Positions 12,372-29,104 of a stretch of 64,000 nucleotides of DNA are shown in pieces. The number at the start of each line of letters is the position of its first letter. The first letter of the stretch is position 1. The notes beneath the pieces were generated by a model. That model was not told the DNA's origin, did not search any database, and saw nothing but the letters and a program-made list of their open reading frames with translations. Source of the DNA: the human T2T-CHM13v2.0 reference genome, Homo sapiens; the NCBI RefSeq assembly GCF_009914755.1, contig NC_060933.1, one strand, 5' to 3'. The translations under genes were made by a program, and so were the position numbers.

Positions 12372-12853
12372 AGATAGACAGACTTTAAGATGGCCCCCAT
12401 GATTCCCATCTCCTGGTGTTCATAAGCTTGCATAATCCTCTCCTGTGTATGAGTGGGATTTGTGACTTGCTTCTCACTAATAGCATGTGGTAAAAATGAT
12501 GGGATGCACTCCTGTTATTATGTTGTTATATAAGAATTCGTCTTGCTAATAGGCTTGCTGTACAGTCTGTCCCTTGTTTACTAGCTTTGAAAAAGCGAAT
12601 TTCCATAAATCCTGCAGGCACAAGTAAACGAATTCTGTCAGCAACCTGAGGGAGCACAGAAGAAGATCATCCCCAGTCAAGCCTCCAGATGAGAACCATG
12701 TTTTGGCTGACATCCTGTTTGCAGCCTTGCAGATAACTCAACTGAAAAATACTCAAGATTCTTGATTCACAGAAATTGTGAGATAATAAATGTGTGTTTT
12801 TTTAAGTCACCAGGTTTGTGGTATTTTGCTATGAAGCATTGACAACTAATATA
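12372..12853 (+). mobile_element. MLT1 (MaLR, MLT1E/F-like) solo LTR
   Basis: aagatggcccccatgattccc...gcctccagatgagaac...cacagaaattgtgagataataaatgtgtg...ttgacaactaata. Confidence 0.8.
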
Positions 12854-13199
12854 GCTGTGAGCACATAGAGCAAAGTATACAGCAAAACCCTAAAAGAGCT
12901 ATTTAGTTATGCTTCATAGCAACAAAGAAACAGTACTGTATCCCATTATAATATCTGAAATACATGATTTCTACACCTCTGTTCCATGTTAAATCATTAC
13001 TAAAGTTGTTGGATGGTCTATTTTCTAGGATTATTCACACCTGATGGCTATGTCTTTCCCTAAATTTCTTATTGTCTGACAGTTGTCTCAGATTGCTACA
13101 CAAACAGATATGGAGTTATTAGCCATTTGCCATGAGTCAGACTATGTGATAGGCATTTTTATTGCAATTTGTTAATTTTTGCAACAGGCCTATAAGACT

Positions 13200-13712
13200 G
13201 CAGTTTTCAAAGTCCCAGGGCGCTGTGACAAATTAATAGAGGCACAATTAGATATTTTAAGTTTTTGAGGGGAAGCACAGTAATAACTGAAATCTGCCAG
13301 ATACCATACGAACTACTAGTTCAATATAGTTCAGTTTCCCCATTAGATTGTGCAACATTTCCTTGATGACATCATATCTTTAAGAAGCAGGAATTTGAGA
13401 GGGATTTCTGTGATAAAATGTTAAATACTGCACAAACATCAATATAGAACAAAAAATGAGGGTGAGAGTTTCCAATGTGTTTCCAAAATTTGAGAACTAA
13501 TGCATTGTCCAATAAGCACATTAGTTAGTAATAAAATGAACAATATTGTTTGTCTTTCAGTATATATATATTACCAAAATGGCTACTAAATAGGATACAA
13601 ATACTCATTAAGTTATTTGTACTTAACTATTTAATAAACAGAACTGATAGGCGTTTCTTTTGGCTTATACATGTCATAAAAAAATTAGGACACTAAGAGT
13701 GTTGTGAGCCAA
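13200..13712. mobile_element. Charlie4a-like hAT DNA transposon
   Basis: gatattttaagtttttgaggggaagcacag...gaactactag...atgagggtgagagtttccaat...aaattaggacactaagagtgttgtgagcc. Confidence 0.75.
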
Positions 13713-13719
13713 GGAAGAG

Positions 13720-14760
13720 CTACAATATCTCTTCCCATCCATTGGAATGGCTACTGTTAAAAAACAAAAAACCCAGAAAATAACAATCATTGGTGAGGAT
13801 GTGGAAAAATTGGGAATTTTTTGCAGTGCTGGAGGGAGTGTAAGATGGTGTAACTGCTATGAAAAACAGTATGGATTTTCCTAAAAAGTTAAAAATAGAA
13901 CCACTGGGCCACCACAGTGCCCATGCCTGTAATCCCAGCACTCTGGGAGGCTGAGGCGGGCAGATCACTGTAGCCTAGGAGTTTGAGACCAGCCTGGCCA
14001 CCATGGAGAAACCTCGTTTCTACTAAAAATACAACAATTAGCTGGGCATGGTGGTGCATGCCTGTAATCCCAGCTACTCAGGAGGCTGAGGCAGGAGAAT
14101 CCCTTGAACCTGGCGGTTAGAGGCTTCAGTGAGCCAAGATCATACCACTGCAACTCCAGCCTGGGCAACAGAGTGAAACTCTGTCTCAGAAAACAAAACA
14201 AAACAAAAACAAACAAACGAACTTCAGGAAATATATCCCACAGAACCGAAAGCAGAGTCTTGAAGAGATATTTGCCCCCACATGTTTATAGCAGCACCTA
14301 TTCACAAAAGCCGAGTGGTATAAGCAGCCCAAATGTCCATCAGTGGATGAGTACATAAACAAAATCCAGCATATACATACACTGAAATAATATTCAGCAT
14401 TAAAAAGGAAGGAAATCCTGTCATGTGCTACAACGTCAATGAATCTTGAAGACATTATGCTAAGTGAAATAAGCCAGGCACAAAAAGACAAATAGTTTAG
14501 GCTTCTCTTTATATGAGATGTCTAAAGTAGTCAAATTCATAGAAACAGAAAGTAGAATAATAGTTCTCAGAGGCTGGAGAGAGGAGGAAAATAGAAATTG
14601 TAGTGTAATGGACACGGAGCTTCAGGTTTGCGAGATGAAAACGTTCTGAAGATCTGTTTTACAACAATGTAAATATATTTAACACTACCAAACTGTACAC
14701 TTAAAAATAGCTAAGACGGTAAATTTTATGTTATATGATTTTTTTTACCACAATAAAAAA
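13720..14760 (+). mobile_element. L1MB-type 3' end, interrupted by an Alu
   Basis: ORF2 C-terminal motifs; aaatcctgtcatgtgctacaac, gtagtcaaattcatagaaacagaaagtag, caaactgtacacttaaaa, A-rich end. Confidence 0.85.
13906..14220 (+). mobile_element. AluS
   Basis: Dimeric Alu with gcctgtaatcccagca, central A-tract and (CAAAA)n tail. Confidence 0.95.
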
Positions 14761-15145
14761 TTCATCACTTAAATGTTTATTCAGAGAGGCTGATTTCAGA
14801 TTCCAGATTCACAATATGGAACATTTTAATTTATGAAACTTTTGGACGATGCTTCTTTGCTCACCTGTCATTACTGTGCTATGGGAATAATGCAACGGAA
14901 GGTCAGGACAAAATAGGCTTGTTTATGTAGCAATAGTTTTAAGAATACCCACTTTTTCTTCCATGAAAGTGTGTCAAAACCAAATACAGAAGAAAAAGAA
15001 GTATTCTGTATTTCAGGTTTCCTGTTTGAGTTACATTAAGATAAGCATGATTTTTTATAACTGCAGGACTTAATCTAATGTCTACGGTCACGCTACTATA
15101 ACTCCCAATTTTAACTTTAATCTTTTTTTAAAATTTAAGTTTTTA

Positions 15146-15451
15146 TTTATTTAGTTATCTTTGAGACACAGTCTCAGCTCTGTCACCCAGGTTGGAGTGC
15201 AGTGGCGTAATCATGGCCCATCGCAGCCTTGACCTCCTGGGCTCAAGCGATCCTCCTACCTGAGACCCACCAAGTAGCTGAGATGACAGGCACAAGCCAC
15301 TATGCCTGGCTATTTTTTTCTTTCTATTTTTTGTAGAGACTGGGTCTCCCTATGTTGCCCAGGTTGGTCTCAAACTCCTGGGCTCAAGCAGTCCTCCTGC
15401 CTTGGCCTCCCAAAATGCTGGGATTACAGGTATAAGCCACTACACACAGCC
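15146..15451 (-). mobile_element. AluJ
   Basis: J diagnostics (gcagccttgacctcctgggctcaagcgatcc); TSD taaaatttaagttttta at 15129-15145 and 15452-15468. Confidence 0.95.
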
Positions 15452-15559
15452 TAAAATTTAAGTTTTTAGAAAAGCAACCCATAAATACATTTATGCTATA
15501 AAAGATTAAAGCAAAACTTAAGAGTGTAGAATGAGATGTGAAAACTATGCTGTATTTCT

Positions 15560-15870
15560 ACCCATCTCATCCCACTCGACTGTGTTTAATATGTATCTTT
15601 CTAGGCATTTATCTGTGCATTTCATACATGCATATGTACATATATGAATTTGTCTTTCTTTAAAACAGAGAAGACTTAATACACTCATAATTCTGAGCTT
15701 AATTTTACACTTCACGTAATTCTTTGAGGCTTTACCATATTTCTGCATAAGAGCTACCTAATTCTTGCTTAAAATGACATTGTATATCATTCAATAAGTA
15801 TATCATTCAATAAGTATATCATAATTATTTGACTACTGTTCCATCAGTGGGTTTTCTGGATGTTTAAAAG
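15560..15870 (-). mobile_element. Ancient L1M 3' UTR fragment
   Basis: agagctacctaattctt...tatatcataattattt...cagtgggttttctggatg, L1ME-like antisense motifs. Confidence 0.45.
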
Positions 15871-16249
15871 AAGACTCTATCTCAGTGCAGCATAGTGGAA
15901 TAGACATACATTTTCTAGAAACTGGAAATTGTGTTGAAAATTGCTGGTCTGTCTTTCAGCTGTAGGTTCCAAGAATGGAACTCGACTGTCATATAAGTGA
16001 CAAAGTGATCAAAGCCAAAGGCAAAACCCAAACTTTCTCTAATGACATGAATTGAAATTCACTAATCTTATTTTCTTTGAATATGAATAAAGAGAAAAAA
16101 TAAGTCTATAAATTAATGAAATAAATCGGAAGAAAGGAAACATTCTAAATACTCAGAGAAGAAGCATGCTTTTGAAAATTTGTGCTGTAGCACACAGATG
16201 ATTGGTATTCCAAATATAATATAATAATATATTAATACACATATGATCA

Positions 16250-18420
16250 AAAAAGGGCAGAAAGTCACAAATAGAACATTTTAGTTAAAAATAGAGATTA
16301 GTGAAATAAGAAATGGTTATTTGTGATCTAAAACCACAATGTATTTTTGACAGGAAAATGCAAAATGAATAATTTGAAAAAAATTATATAAATGATAGGA
16401 GAATAAACTGAGAAATTCTACCTGAATCTAGAAGGGAATTAAAAAGAGTTAAAAACAATTAGAGCCAATGGATTAGGTTAGATTAGAGCAAAGTTTTATA
16501 TTTGAAGATAGGGGCCACATAGCTTTTCACTCACATTTAACCCAGTGCTTTGCAGAGTTCAATAACCATTCATTGAAGAAAAAGAAATAACTTGGACAAA
16601 TGGTTTTTTGAAAAATATTTAAAGCAAAATGTTTCTGAAGTAATTTAACAGATAGCCAGCAATCTTTGTGTGCATAAAGGATATATTTTATTTTTCAAAT
16701 CCCATAGACATTTGCAAAAATTTCCCTAATTAGGGTAAAAATGCATCAGTGAATTTTTCAAACTAGGAATTGTAAGGCCATATTCTTTAACCATATGTAT
16801 TACTATTTGAATTTCCCATACATACAAATGGGAAATTTTAAAAAGGCATTGTCAGTAAGTATTGAGCCAGAAAATATATCAAGCGATTATTTGTAAAGTA
16901 AATAAGTTAAAGTTATAAGTAAAGACTACTTATAACAAGAATATTTGCAGAGAACTTTTAAAATGAGATATAAAGTTAAAATAGTTAAAAAGTATATTAT
17001 TGGCCTGAAGATAATCAGAAGGTCAGTGGATTCAAATAAAGACTAGGTATAGATCATATAATATGTAAATGTTAAATGTTGTATGTGACAGAAAAGGAAA
17101 CATAATAGGCAGATCTGATGAAAGGACAAATCAATAGCTTTTCAAATTAGTGGGATTATTAAACAAATATTTCAATAGCTGATAAAATTTTTGGAACTAA
17201 TATGAAGTTAGTTCTCTTCATTTCAGATTCTATATCAGAATAAATTCAATATAGTGGAGTTAAATTTAAAAAATGAAGGTATAGGAAAATAGAAGGAAAT
17301 AATGTTGAATATGTTTCTGGTCTTAGGGTTGGAAAGTACTTTCCAAACATCAAGTCAAAGACAAAAACATATGAGGAAATAATGAGATTTTACTGAAAAT
17401 ATCTGAAAAATAAAAAATACTTACTAAAGTGCACATGGCACACTGGTGTAACTATTTGCAATATTTAATGGTATAAGGGTTTAACATCCTTAATATAAAA
17501 TCAGTGCTAGCAATCAATACATAGCATATGAATATCCCAACAGAGAAACAGGTTAAGTACATGAGCAAATAATCTACAAGAAGAAAACTAGCCAATAAAA
17601 TATGAAAAAAAGTTCAACCCCAGTAGTAATCAAAGTGAAATAAATAGAAACATGTTACCAGTTCTAAATTTTCAAATTTGCATGCTTTGAAAAATGGTAA
17701 TACCCAGTTTGGGCTAGGGTGCAATTATGACCATTCTGGAAGAAAATTTTGCAATATTTCATAGGAGACTTACAATCTTTGCACTTTTTGACTGGGTAAT
17801 TTTTCCTCTAGGAACATATTTTTAGATCTCAAGAAATCCATGAAGGACTTATGTACAATAATCTTCATTGAGGCATTATTTATAATATTGAAATACTCAA
17901 AGCAAACTAAATGTCTTAACATAAGAATTGGATAAAGTATTGTACAATGATCAAAATCATGTTAATAATAGCATTTAACAACATATTTAAATGCTTAAGA
18001 TATGCTGTTAAATGAAAAAGTAAGTTATAAAATAATATTTACAGAATGCTCAATTTTATTTTATTTATTTATTTTTTATTTATTTTTATTATTATTATAC
18101 TTTAAGTTTTAGGGTACATGTGCACAATGTGCAGATTTGTTACATATGTATACATGTGCCATGTTGGTGTACTGCACCCATTAACTCGTCATTTAGCATT
18201 AGGTATATCTCCTAATGCTATCCCTCCCCCATTCCCCCCACCCCACAACAGTCCCCGGAGTGTGATGTTCAGAATGCTCAATTTTAAATAAAAAATATAT
18301 ACTATTTTCATAGAAAAACTCTTAATGATGTTCTTAGTTAATATCTCTAATCTTTGTAGAGTCACCTGAGAGATTGCAGATAATTTTTATTTTTCTATAT
18401 TTTCTACATTTAGTAAAATA
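16250..18420 (+). mobile_element. Ancient L1ME-type ORF2/3' UTR remnant
   Basis: A-rich strand; aaataaattcaa, aatatgaaaaaaagttcaacc...aatcaaag, ttcctctaggaa, gcattatttataat motifs. Confidence 0.65.
18059..18269 (-). mobile_element. Short 5'-truncated L1PA3/4-like 3' end
   Basis: ttatactttaagttttagggtacatgtgcaca...; TSD cagaatgctcaatttta at 18042-18058 and 18270-18286. Confidence 0.95.
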
Positions 18421-18551
18421 TTATAAACATGTTATTTACATAGAAAAACAGGAAATAAATATATTAAAAAGCCATGTCTTTCAGATAAAACCTTTAGGTT
18501 GAAAAATGAAATTCTAAGAGATAATGAGGGTATTTGTGAAGACGTTAATGA

Positions 18552-18819
<268 letters not shown>

Positions 18820-21800
18820 GTTATTCTTGACTTCTCTGTGAAAATTCTAATTGCTACAGGCAGGAGAATTTTATCACAGAATCACATTTGGTGAATTATG
18901 AATTGAGAATGTTCATAATTCTCAGTTACAAAATTTTCAGTTACCACAATTATATAATGTCTTTTCAGTATTTTTTTGGAAGGCCCTATGGTTATTCTTC
19001 AAATAATCTTGGAAATGTCCCAGTTTTGGGGTCCTAGAGAATCTTAGAGCTAGAAGCAACCTTGGATCATTTGATTCGATTCTTTTCATTTCACAGCTGA
19101 GAACCCAGGTCCGTTATATGACCCCTTTACTGAAACAAAGCCAGAAGGCAATGATAGACTTTTATTCCTTCCTTGTTGTATAATGTGCTATGTACATATA
19201 CCTGAAGATGATTCTGCAAGCCTGTTTAATAGCTCTTGCAGTTGAACTTCTTTTTAGGTAGGGAGGTACATTTCTCGTGATTAGAAAGAAACATCAGACC
19301 AATTTTTGCCTAATGGTCTATGTGAAAACCAAAGTGTTACTATATATAACATATGGTAACCCATTTACTCAAAACTTCTACATAAGATGTGCTGATCTAC
19401 CTGGGCATGCACATTTTTCTTGAGGGAGTATTAAATCTTTAATATTGTACTAATTGCAGAGAATTCCCAATCTTTAGCTGTAAGTTCTCAACTATAAGGC
19501 TTTAAGGGTAGTCCTCATCAATTCTTTATTTAACTCCTTACCTTTTTAAATTAGAAATCGAGGTGGTTAATTTTCCTTTGATACAACCTTTGAAAAATTC
19601 TTGCAGCAGCTACCTTTGATCCAAAGTGTTTCCGTCTTATATATAGTGGTATAACAGGACTTAATAAGCTGAGATAGCTTTTGATTAAATGAGAATGACT
19701 TCCAGATTGAGTAGTGGAAAAGGTTTTGCATATGATTTGCAAAAGGTATTGGTTTCATGTTCTTCCCTATTTTTACTATTAAATATCGCCCTCAACCTTA
19801 GATAAAAATACTTGGAATTTAACTTAAATTATGCATGTGTATAGATTATTCTTTTACTTAAATTCTTCACTATATAGAAACCACATATGCTTCTTAATTG
19901 CTAATGTGATGAACATCTTTGGTAAATGCACAAACTTAAAAATATTAAGAAAACAAATAAAATGCACATGAAATTGAGAGGGCAAGATGTGTTAATTTCC
20001 CAGCTTTATAATGCTGCAATGTCCATCAGAGATCTTGGAGCCATTTAGGGATAGAACCCAGTGACTGAGTCATCACACTTCAGGCTTAGTCCTCAGCCTT
20101 GCAAGGCCAGAAATTTAGTCTTGTCAGAAATCAGAGATAATTAGGCCATAGAAAATTGCTTCATTTCTGTAAAAGAAAGAAATATATAAACTAGGATATC
20201 AATTTACTCATTTGTAATGAGAAATATATCTGTAGCTAGAACTGAATAATTACTCTTTACAGGTCAGCATATTCTTTCCCTGTAGACAATAGACAAAGTC
20301 TACAACATTTAATCAGAAGTCTCATCTGATGAAAATAGATATGTTCAGTTTTAGCGAGTGCCTTCTCTGGATTAAGGATAGGTTAAATTAAGACTTCAAA
20401 ACTGGTTTTACCCACTAGAATACAGAGATCATTACCTATTGAATCTATTGGCCTACAATTTCCATCTCCTGGCTATGCACTGACTATATTTTTATCACTA
20501 GTCTTTCTCTTTCTGTAGGCTTCTGTGTTTATCTTTCATAACTTCGTATCGTATTTTTGACTTTTTATAGACATTTCAAATATCAGTTCAGTGATTCATA
20601 TGCTAGCACTAGATAAACCCACACAATGTGATTTCTTCACTGGTCACAGCTGTGCAAGTTGTTGCCTAAATAAATGGTTTTTAGCTCAATATTTTAGGAT
20701 ATTTCACTATATACTTTATATAACCTTCATACAAAAACATAATTTATATTTTGTAGGTCAAACCAGTTTATGGGTCAAACTAGGTTCCCAAATGTGGTCA
20801 CATCTATATTTTTAGATTTACCTTTACTCACTATGGTGAGTTTTCCATTCTTATTTATGTTAAATATCTGTGCTACTATTTCCAGATGTCTCTGGAAGTT
20901 TTGCACTCCCAAGGGCTCTGATGCCCATGAAGGAAGTGTTGCATTTTTGGAGATGCCCATCAATCTGGGCACTGCAGCTGACCCCATCTGATGGCACTGG
21001 CACTGGTTCCTGCCCTCAAGATGCAGTCTTCTGCCTGCTGCCTGTATTGCCCTTCACTGCAAGCAGGACTGTGCCCTACTGCTGCAAGAGCTGTGGCAAA
21101 AGCAGCTGGCTAGGCAGATGCAAAAATAGTGGGGTTAAAATATGTCATTAAAATGGTCAACACCAAAATAAGAAACTTCTGGGTAAAGTCAGACCCTGAG
21201 GAAATGGGTCAGCATGATCCAAAGAGATAGGTCGACAACTCAGAGTTTGCCTTGGAATAGAAGAGGATTTTGGAGGTGGACAGGTGAAAAGGAGAGGGAA
21301 GAAAGAGAGAGGAGATTTAGTTATCATTGTGAGTGACTGGTGCAGGTCTGATGTCTACAGGTGAATTAGAAAGACTCCCCTCCTTCCTGGCAGAGGCAGC
21401 TCCTCCTGAGAGCACGTGACTTGAAAAGGAATAAGGGATAGATTTGTTTATATTTGCACCTCCTTGGCCAGGTGCATTTATGCAGGGCACATACTGTACA
21501 ATTGTTTAAAGACTTAAACAATTCATTTAGCAAGAATATTAAAGAATGATATAGTTAAAGAAGATGGAGTATTATTAAGAATATAAAGTTTTTGGTGTTT
21601 ACCATTCATTTTTCTTACTTGCTCATAAAAATAAGAACGGAAGAGAGTTTTAAATATCAAATGTAAATTTGTTTAGTGTTAGTTATCTAGTTTATGTTGT
21701 ACTCATCTTGTGATTCCTAATACCAAAGGAATCTTAATAAGAAGTTTATTGGTTCACTTCCCTCAGGAAATAAAATCTTAGAGAATTTCACATTCTGTTG

Positions 21801-23282
21801 TGCTCTATTTTCACAATTGTAATTTTTCCTTTTCTTCATAACTTGAGTTGTGCTTGTCAACTACATCCAATAGGCTACTCTTATTCAGAGTCAGCAATGC
21901 CTGGCTTCTAGGCAATATTCCTGGACAGTATTACTTTTCAAACATTTGAGGCTAGTGCCATGTTTATTTAGGTCAGGATTAAACTATTTATTCCCCTGAA
22001 ACCCATTTGAAATGGAGCTTCTGGATTATTTATTTCCAGTTTTACCTACAGGCAAAAAAGTAAGTGGTTTGGATTTAATCGTATCTAAAGGAAATAGAAA
22101 AATACCTCAAACCTTTTGATTCTGTAAGTTCTTTGAAATTTTCTAGCATGTGTGTGTGTGCACAGTTATATGTGTGTGTGTATGTCCATGTATATATATG
22201 TGTTTTGTATATACACACACAAATATGCCAGATTTGCTGTATAGATTTTAGACATTTAAAAATTAAAAGTATCTTATTGCTTCTCCCTAGGTAGTTAGTC
22301 CCCTACGATAAATTAGTATTACTGCTTTGCAAATTTAAACTGTGAACATTTTCATTTGAGGTGAATTCAGAGTTGACTTTCAGCAGTGTGTTGCTAGAGG
22401 TGTGACACAATGGAGAGTCTTTGGAGAGAACACGGCAATAGAAGAATTTTAAAGCAGATGCATGCCAGTGATCAAGTTGTAAACCTTGGCGGAAAACAAC
22501 TACTTCACTTTTCTAGCAAACTGATTTTCTGGATTCATTTCAAATCAATTTCTAAAATGTCTATGCCCATTTTTAGGCTACCAGGACTCCCCTGCATGCC
22601 CCACCCCCAACTTTTTTCCATCTAAGTCTACTTTTTAGATTGAGACCCTTATCTCCTATCATCCATCCTAACCATTGGATATCTGCTTCCCTAGGAATTG
22701 GCTATGAAGTAGAACAGTCTCCCTAGCCTTCCCTAGCTAGTTGAAGATGACAACCAGTACTTTATGGTTTTAATATCTTAGCTGCTGATCATAGAGGAAA
22801 AGGTAAAATAAAAAAAGTAGCATGTATGAAGAATACATAATGTTTCTTATAACCTTAACAGTTCCCACAGGCATAGTCCTTTATCCAGAGGTGGTATCTG
22901 GTGGCCTAGGGGAGCACCTGATGTCTTACTCCTACGTGTTGGGCTACTAACAGCATCCCTACCTCCCTGTCACCAATTATAATAATTTTTTGGCCAATTC
23001 TCCTCTTAACAACAAAAATAGCAATAATGACAACAAAATGTAAGGATAGAAGCCATTATTTTTCAATGTAATCAAATAAATTTTATTGCAGAACAATTGC
23101 TGCGATGGTTAATTTTAGGTGTCCACCTGATTGCATTAAGGGAGACCCAGAGAGCTGGTAAAACATTATATGTATCAGATAGCTGGTACGTTTGTGAGGG
23201 TTTTCCAGAAGACACTGGCACTGAGTTAGTAGACTGAGTAAGGAAGGTGGATCCTTTTATGTGTCTTTAAACATTTCTTTTA

Positions 23283-24599
23283 CCGTATGCAAAGGAATGA
23301 AACTAGAACCCTGTCTCTCTCTATATAAAAAATTCAATTCAAAATGGATTAAAGACTTAAATCTAAGAACTGAAACTATGAAACTCCTACAAGAAAATAA
23401 TAATGGAAACTCTCCAGGACATAAATCTGGGCAAAGAGTTTTTGAGTAAGAAACCAAAAGCATAGGAAACCAAAACAAAAATGGACAAATGGGATCACAT
23501 GAAGCTAAAAAAGCTTTTGGACAGAAAAAAAAAAAAAAAAAAAACAAGTGAAGAGGCAACTCACTGAATGAAAGAAAATATTTGCAAACAAGAAAAACAA
23601 ATAATCTTATTTAAAAATTGGCAAAATACCTGAATAGATATTTCTGAAAAGAAGACATACAAATGGACAACAAGTGAATAAAAAATGCTCAACATCACTA
23701 TCGTCAGAGAAATACAAATAGAAATTTCAATGAGATATCATCTCACCCCAATTGAAATGACTTTATCCAAAAGACAGGCAATAATAAATGCTGACGAGCA
23801 TGTAGGGAAAGGGGAACACTCATACACTGTTGATAAAAATGAAAATTAGTACAGTCACTACAGAGAACAGCAGAGAGGTTCCTCAAAAAACTAAAACTAG
23901 AACTACCATATGATCCAGCAATCCCCCTGCTGGTCATATATATCCAAAAAAGAGAAAAAATAGTATATCAAAGAGATATATGTATTCCTATGTTTATTAC
24001 GGCACTACTAACAATAACCAAGATATAGAATCAACCTAAATGTCCATCAAAGGACAAACAGATAAAGAAAATGTGGCACATATACACAATAAAATATTAT
24101 TTAGGCATAAAAAGAATGAAATCCTGTAATGTACAACAAAATGGATAAAGTGAAGGACATATGTTAAGTAAAACAAGCCAGGCCAGAAAGACAAATACCA
24201 GATGTTCTTACTCATATGTGGGAGTTAAAAAATATCGAATCATGGAGATAAAGAGTAAAATGATGGTTACCGGAGGCAGGGAGAGTAACGTGGGGGTGGG
24301 GGGGGAGGAGGAGGGATAAAGTGGAGATTATAATGTGAGGATGGTGAATGGGTACAAAAATACAATTAGAATGAATAAGATATAGTATTCAGTAGCACAA
24401 CAGGAAGACTATAGTTAATACTAATCTATTGTATATTTTAAAGTAACTAAAAGATGGGAATTGACATGTTCCTAACACAAAGATATGATAAATGTTGAGG
24501 TGATGGATACCCCAATTACCCTAACTTGATCACTACACACTGTATGTCTGTATTGAAACATCACATGTACCCTATACATGTGTACAAGTATTATGTATC
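23283..24599 (+). mobile_element. L1MA-type 3' end (tail resumes after THE1 at ~26882)
   Basis: ORF2 remnant [27 protein letters not shown]; L1MA 3' UTR gtgatggataccccaattaccc. Confidence 0.88.
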
Positions 24600-27216
<2,617 letters not shown>

Positions 27217-27372
27217 TTAAAATTAAAAAGATGAGCCCTCACCAATGCGGGCATTATGCAATCTGTTGAGGGCCTGGATAGAACAAAGAGCAGGAGGAAG
27301 GGTAAATTTCCTTTATCTTATGGAGCTGGAACATACATCACCTTCTCCTGCCCATGGACATCAGAACTCCAC

Positions 27373-27803
27373 TGTGATGGTTAATAATGAGTGTCGATTT
27401 GATTGGATTGGAGGATGCAGTATTGATCCTGGGTGTGTCTGTGAGGTTGTTGCCAAAGGAGATTAACATTTGAGTCAGTGGGCTGGGCGAGGCAGACCCA
27501 CCCTTAATTGGGTGGGCACCATCTAATCAGCCACCAGCAAATATAAAGCAGGCAGAAAAATGTGAAGTGAGAAGACGGGCCTAGCCTCCCAGCCTACATC
27601 TTTCTCCCATGCTGGATGCTTCCTGCCCTCAAACATCAGATTCCAAGTTCTTCAGTTTTGGGTCTTGGACTGGCTCTCCTTGCACCTCAGCCTGCAGACA
27701 GCCTATTGTGGGACCTTGAGATCATGTAAGTTAATGCTTTCTGTGTGTGTGTGTATATATGTGCGTATATATATACGTGTATATATGTGTATATATATAC
27801 ACT

Positions 27804-27846
<43 letters not shown>

Positions 27847-27889
27847 CTCCTATTAGTTCTGACCCTCTAAGAGAACCCTGATTAATACA
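27373..27889 (+). mobile_element. MLT2A solo LTR with compound TG/TA/CA microsatellite (~27742-27846)
   Basis: tgtgatggttaataatgagtgtc...gcagacccacccttaat...agagaaccctgattaataca. Confidence 0.9.
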
Positions 27890-28125
27890 TTCTCAGGCTT
27901 TTGGATTCCCAGACTTATTCCAGTGGCCTCACAGGTTCTCAAGCCTTCAGCCTCAGACTGAATTACACCATTGGCTTCCCTGGTTCTCCAACTGGTAGAT
28001 AGCATATTGTGAGACTCTCAGCTTTTGTAATCATGTGAGCCAATTCCCATAATAAAATAGCTTATTGCTTCTGTTTTCCTGGATAACCCTAATGTAATTG
28101 GTATCTTATTTCTTTAGATGTAGGC

Positions 28126-28545
28126 TGACATGGTTTGGATCTGTGTTCCCACCCAAATCTCATGTTGAGTTGTAATCCCCAGTGGTGGAGGTAGGTCCTG
28201 ATAGGAGGTGACTGGATCATGGGGATGGGGTTCTCATGAATGGTTTAGCACCATCCCCTCGGTGCCTTTCTCATGATAGTGAGTAGTGAGTTATCATGAG
28301 ATCTGGTTGTTTTAAAAGTGTGTAGCTTCTCCTCCCTCTCTCTTCCTTCTTCTCCAGCCATGTAAGATGCCTGCTTTCCCTTCATCTTCCACCATGAGTG
28401 TAAGTCTCCTGAGACATTCCCAGTAGCAGAAGCTGCTTTGCTTCCTGTACAGCCTGCAGAATTGTGAGCCAACTAAACCTGTTTTCTTTATAAATTATCC
28501 AGTCTTAGTTATTTCTTTATAGGAGCAAGAGAATGGACTAAAACA
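28126..28545 (+). mobile_element. MST (MSTA-like) MaLR solo LTR
   Basis: tgacatggtttggatctgtgttcccacccaaatctc...gaatggactaaaaca; near-TSD taggc/ttggc. Confidence 0.9.
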
Positions 28546-29104
28546 TTGGCAATAATAGATGTTCTTTTTTATGTACTCTTGTTCTTTCCTTTTTTCCCTA
28601 CTTCTGTAACTGGCCTTCAGGAGTGGTGACTTGTTTTGAATAGAATAATTGAAACAACTTTAGCTCCTGGAGCTTCAATGCAGGAAAACATCTTTTCATA
28701 TCCATGAGCCAATGTGCCAAGTTTGAAATTTCCTGCTCCTTCTGTTTTTTGTTCTTTTCAACACATTTACCTGGGTGACAAAATAATCTGTACCCTAAAT
28801 CCCCATGACACTCATTTCTTTTGTCTTCTGGTCTTAAAACAGTTTATTAAATCACGCTGGTTGTAATTATTATCCCACCAAATTCTTATCTGTTTCAAGG
28901 ACATAAACATTTATTTCAGGCTAGAATAAATATTAAAATAGATCTGGCTTCGGCTTCATTACTTCCTAAGTCACTGCTTATCTGCAGAAAGCTCAGTATT
29001 TAATAAATGTTAAGAGGTACTTCTAATAGGTGCTCACTTTTTGAGCTGCAGAAAGAGCAAAAGGTTTTGAAAGGAGTTGGGAGGGGCATTGTTTGTTTGT
29101 CTAT

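Noticed and set aside
20520-20802. Possible hAT-Blackjack-type DNA transposon ending tgtggtcaca
   Set aside because: Could not assign family or both termini with confidence
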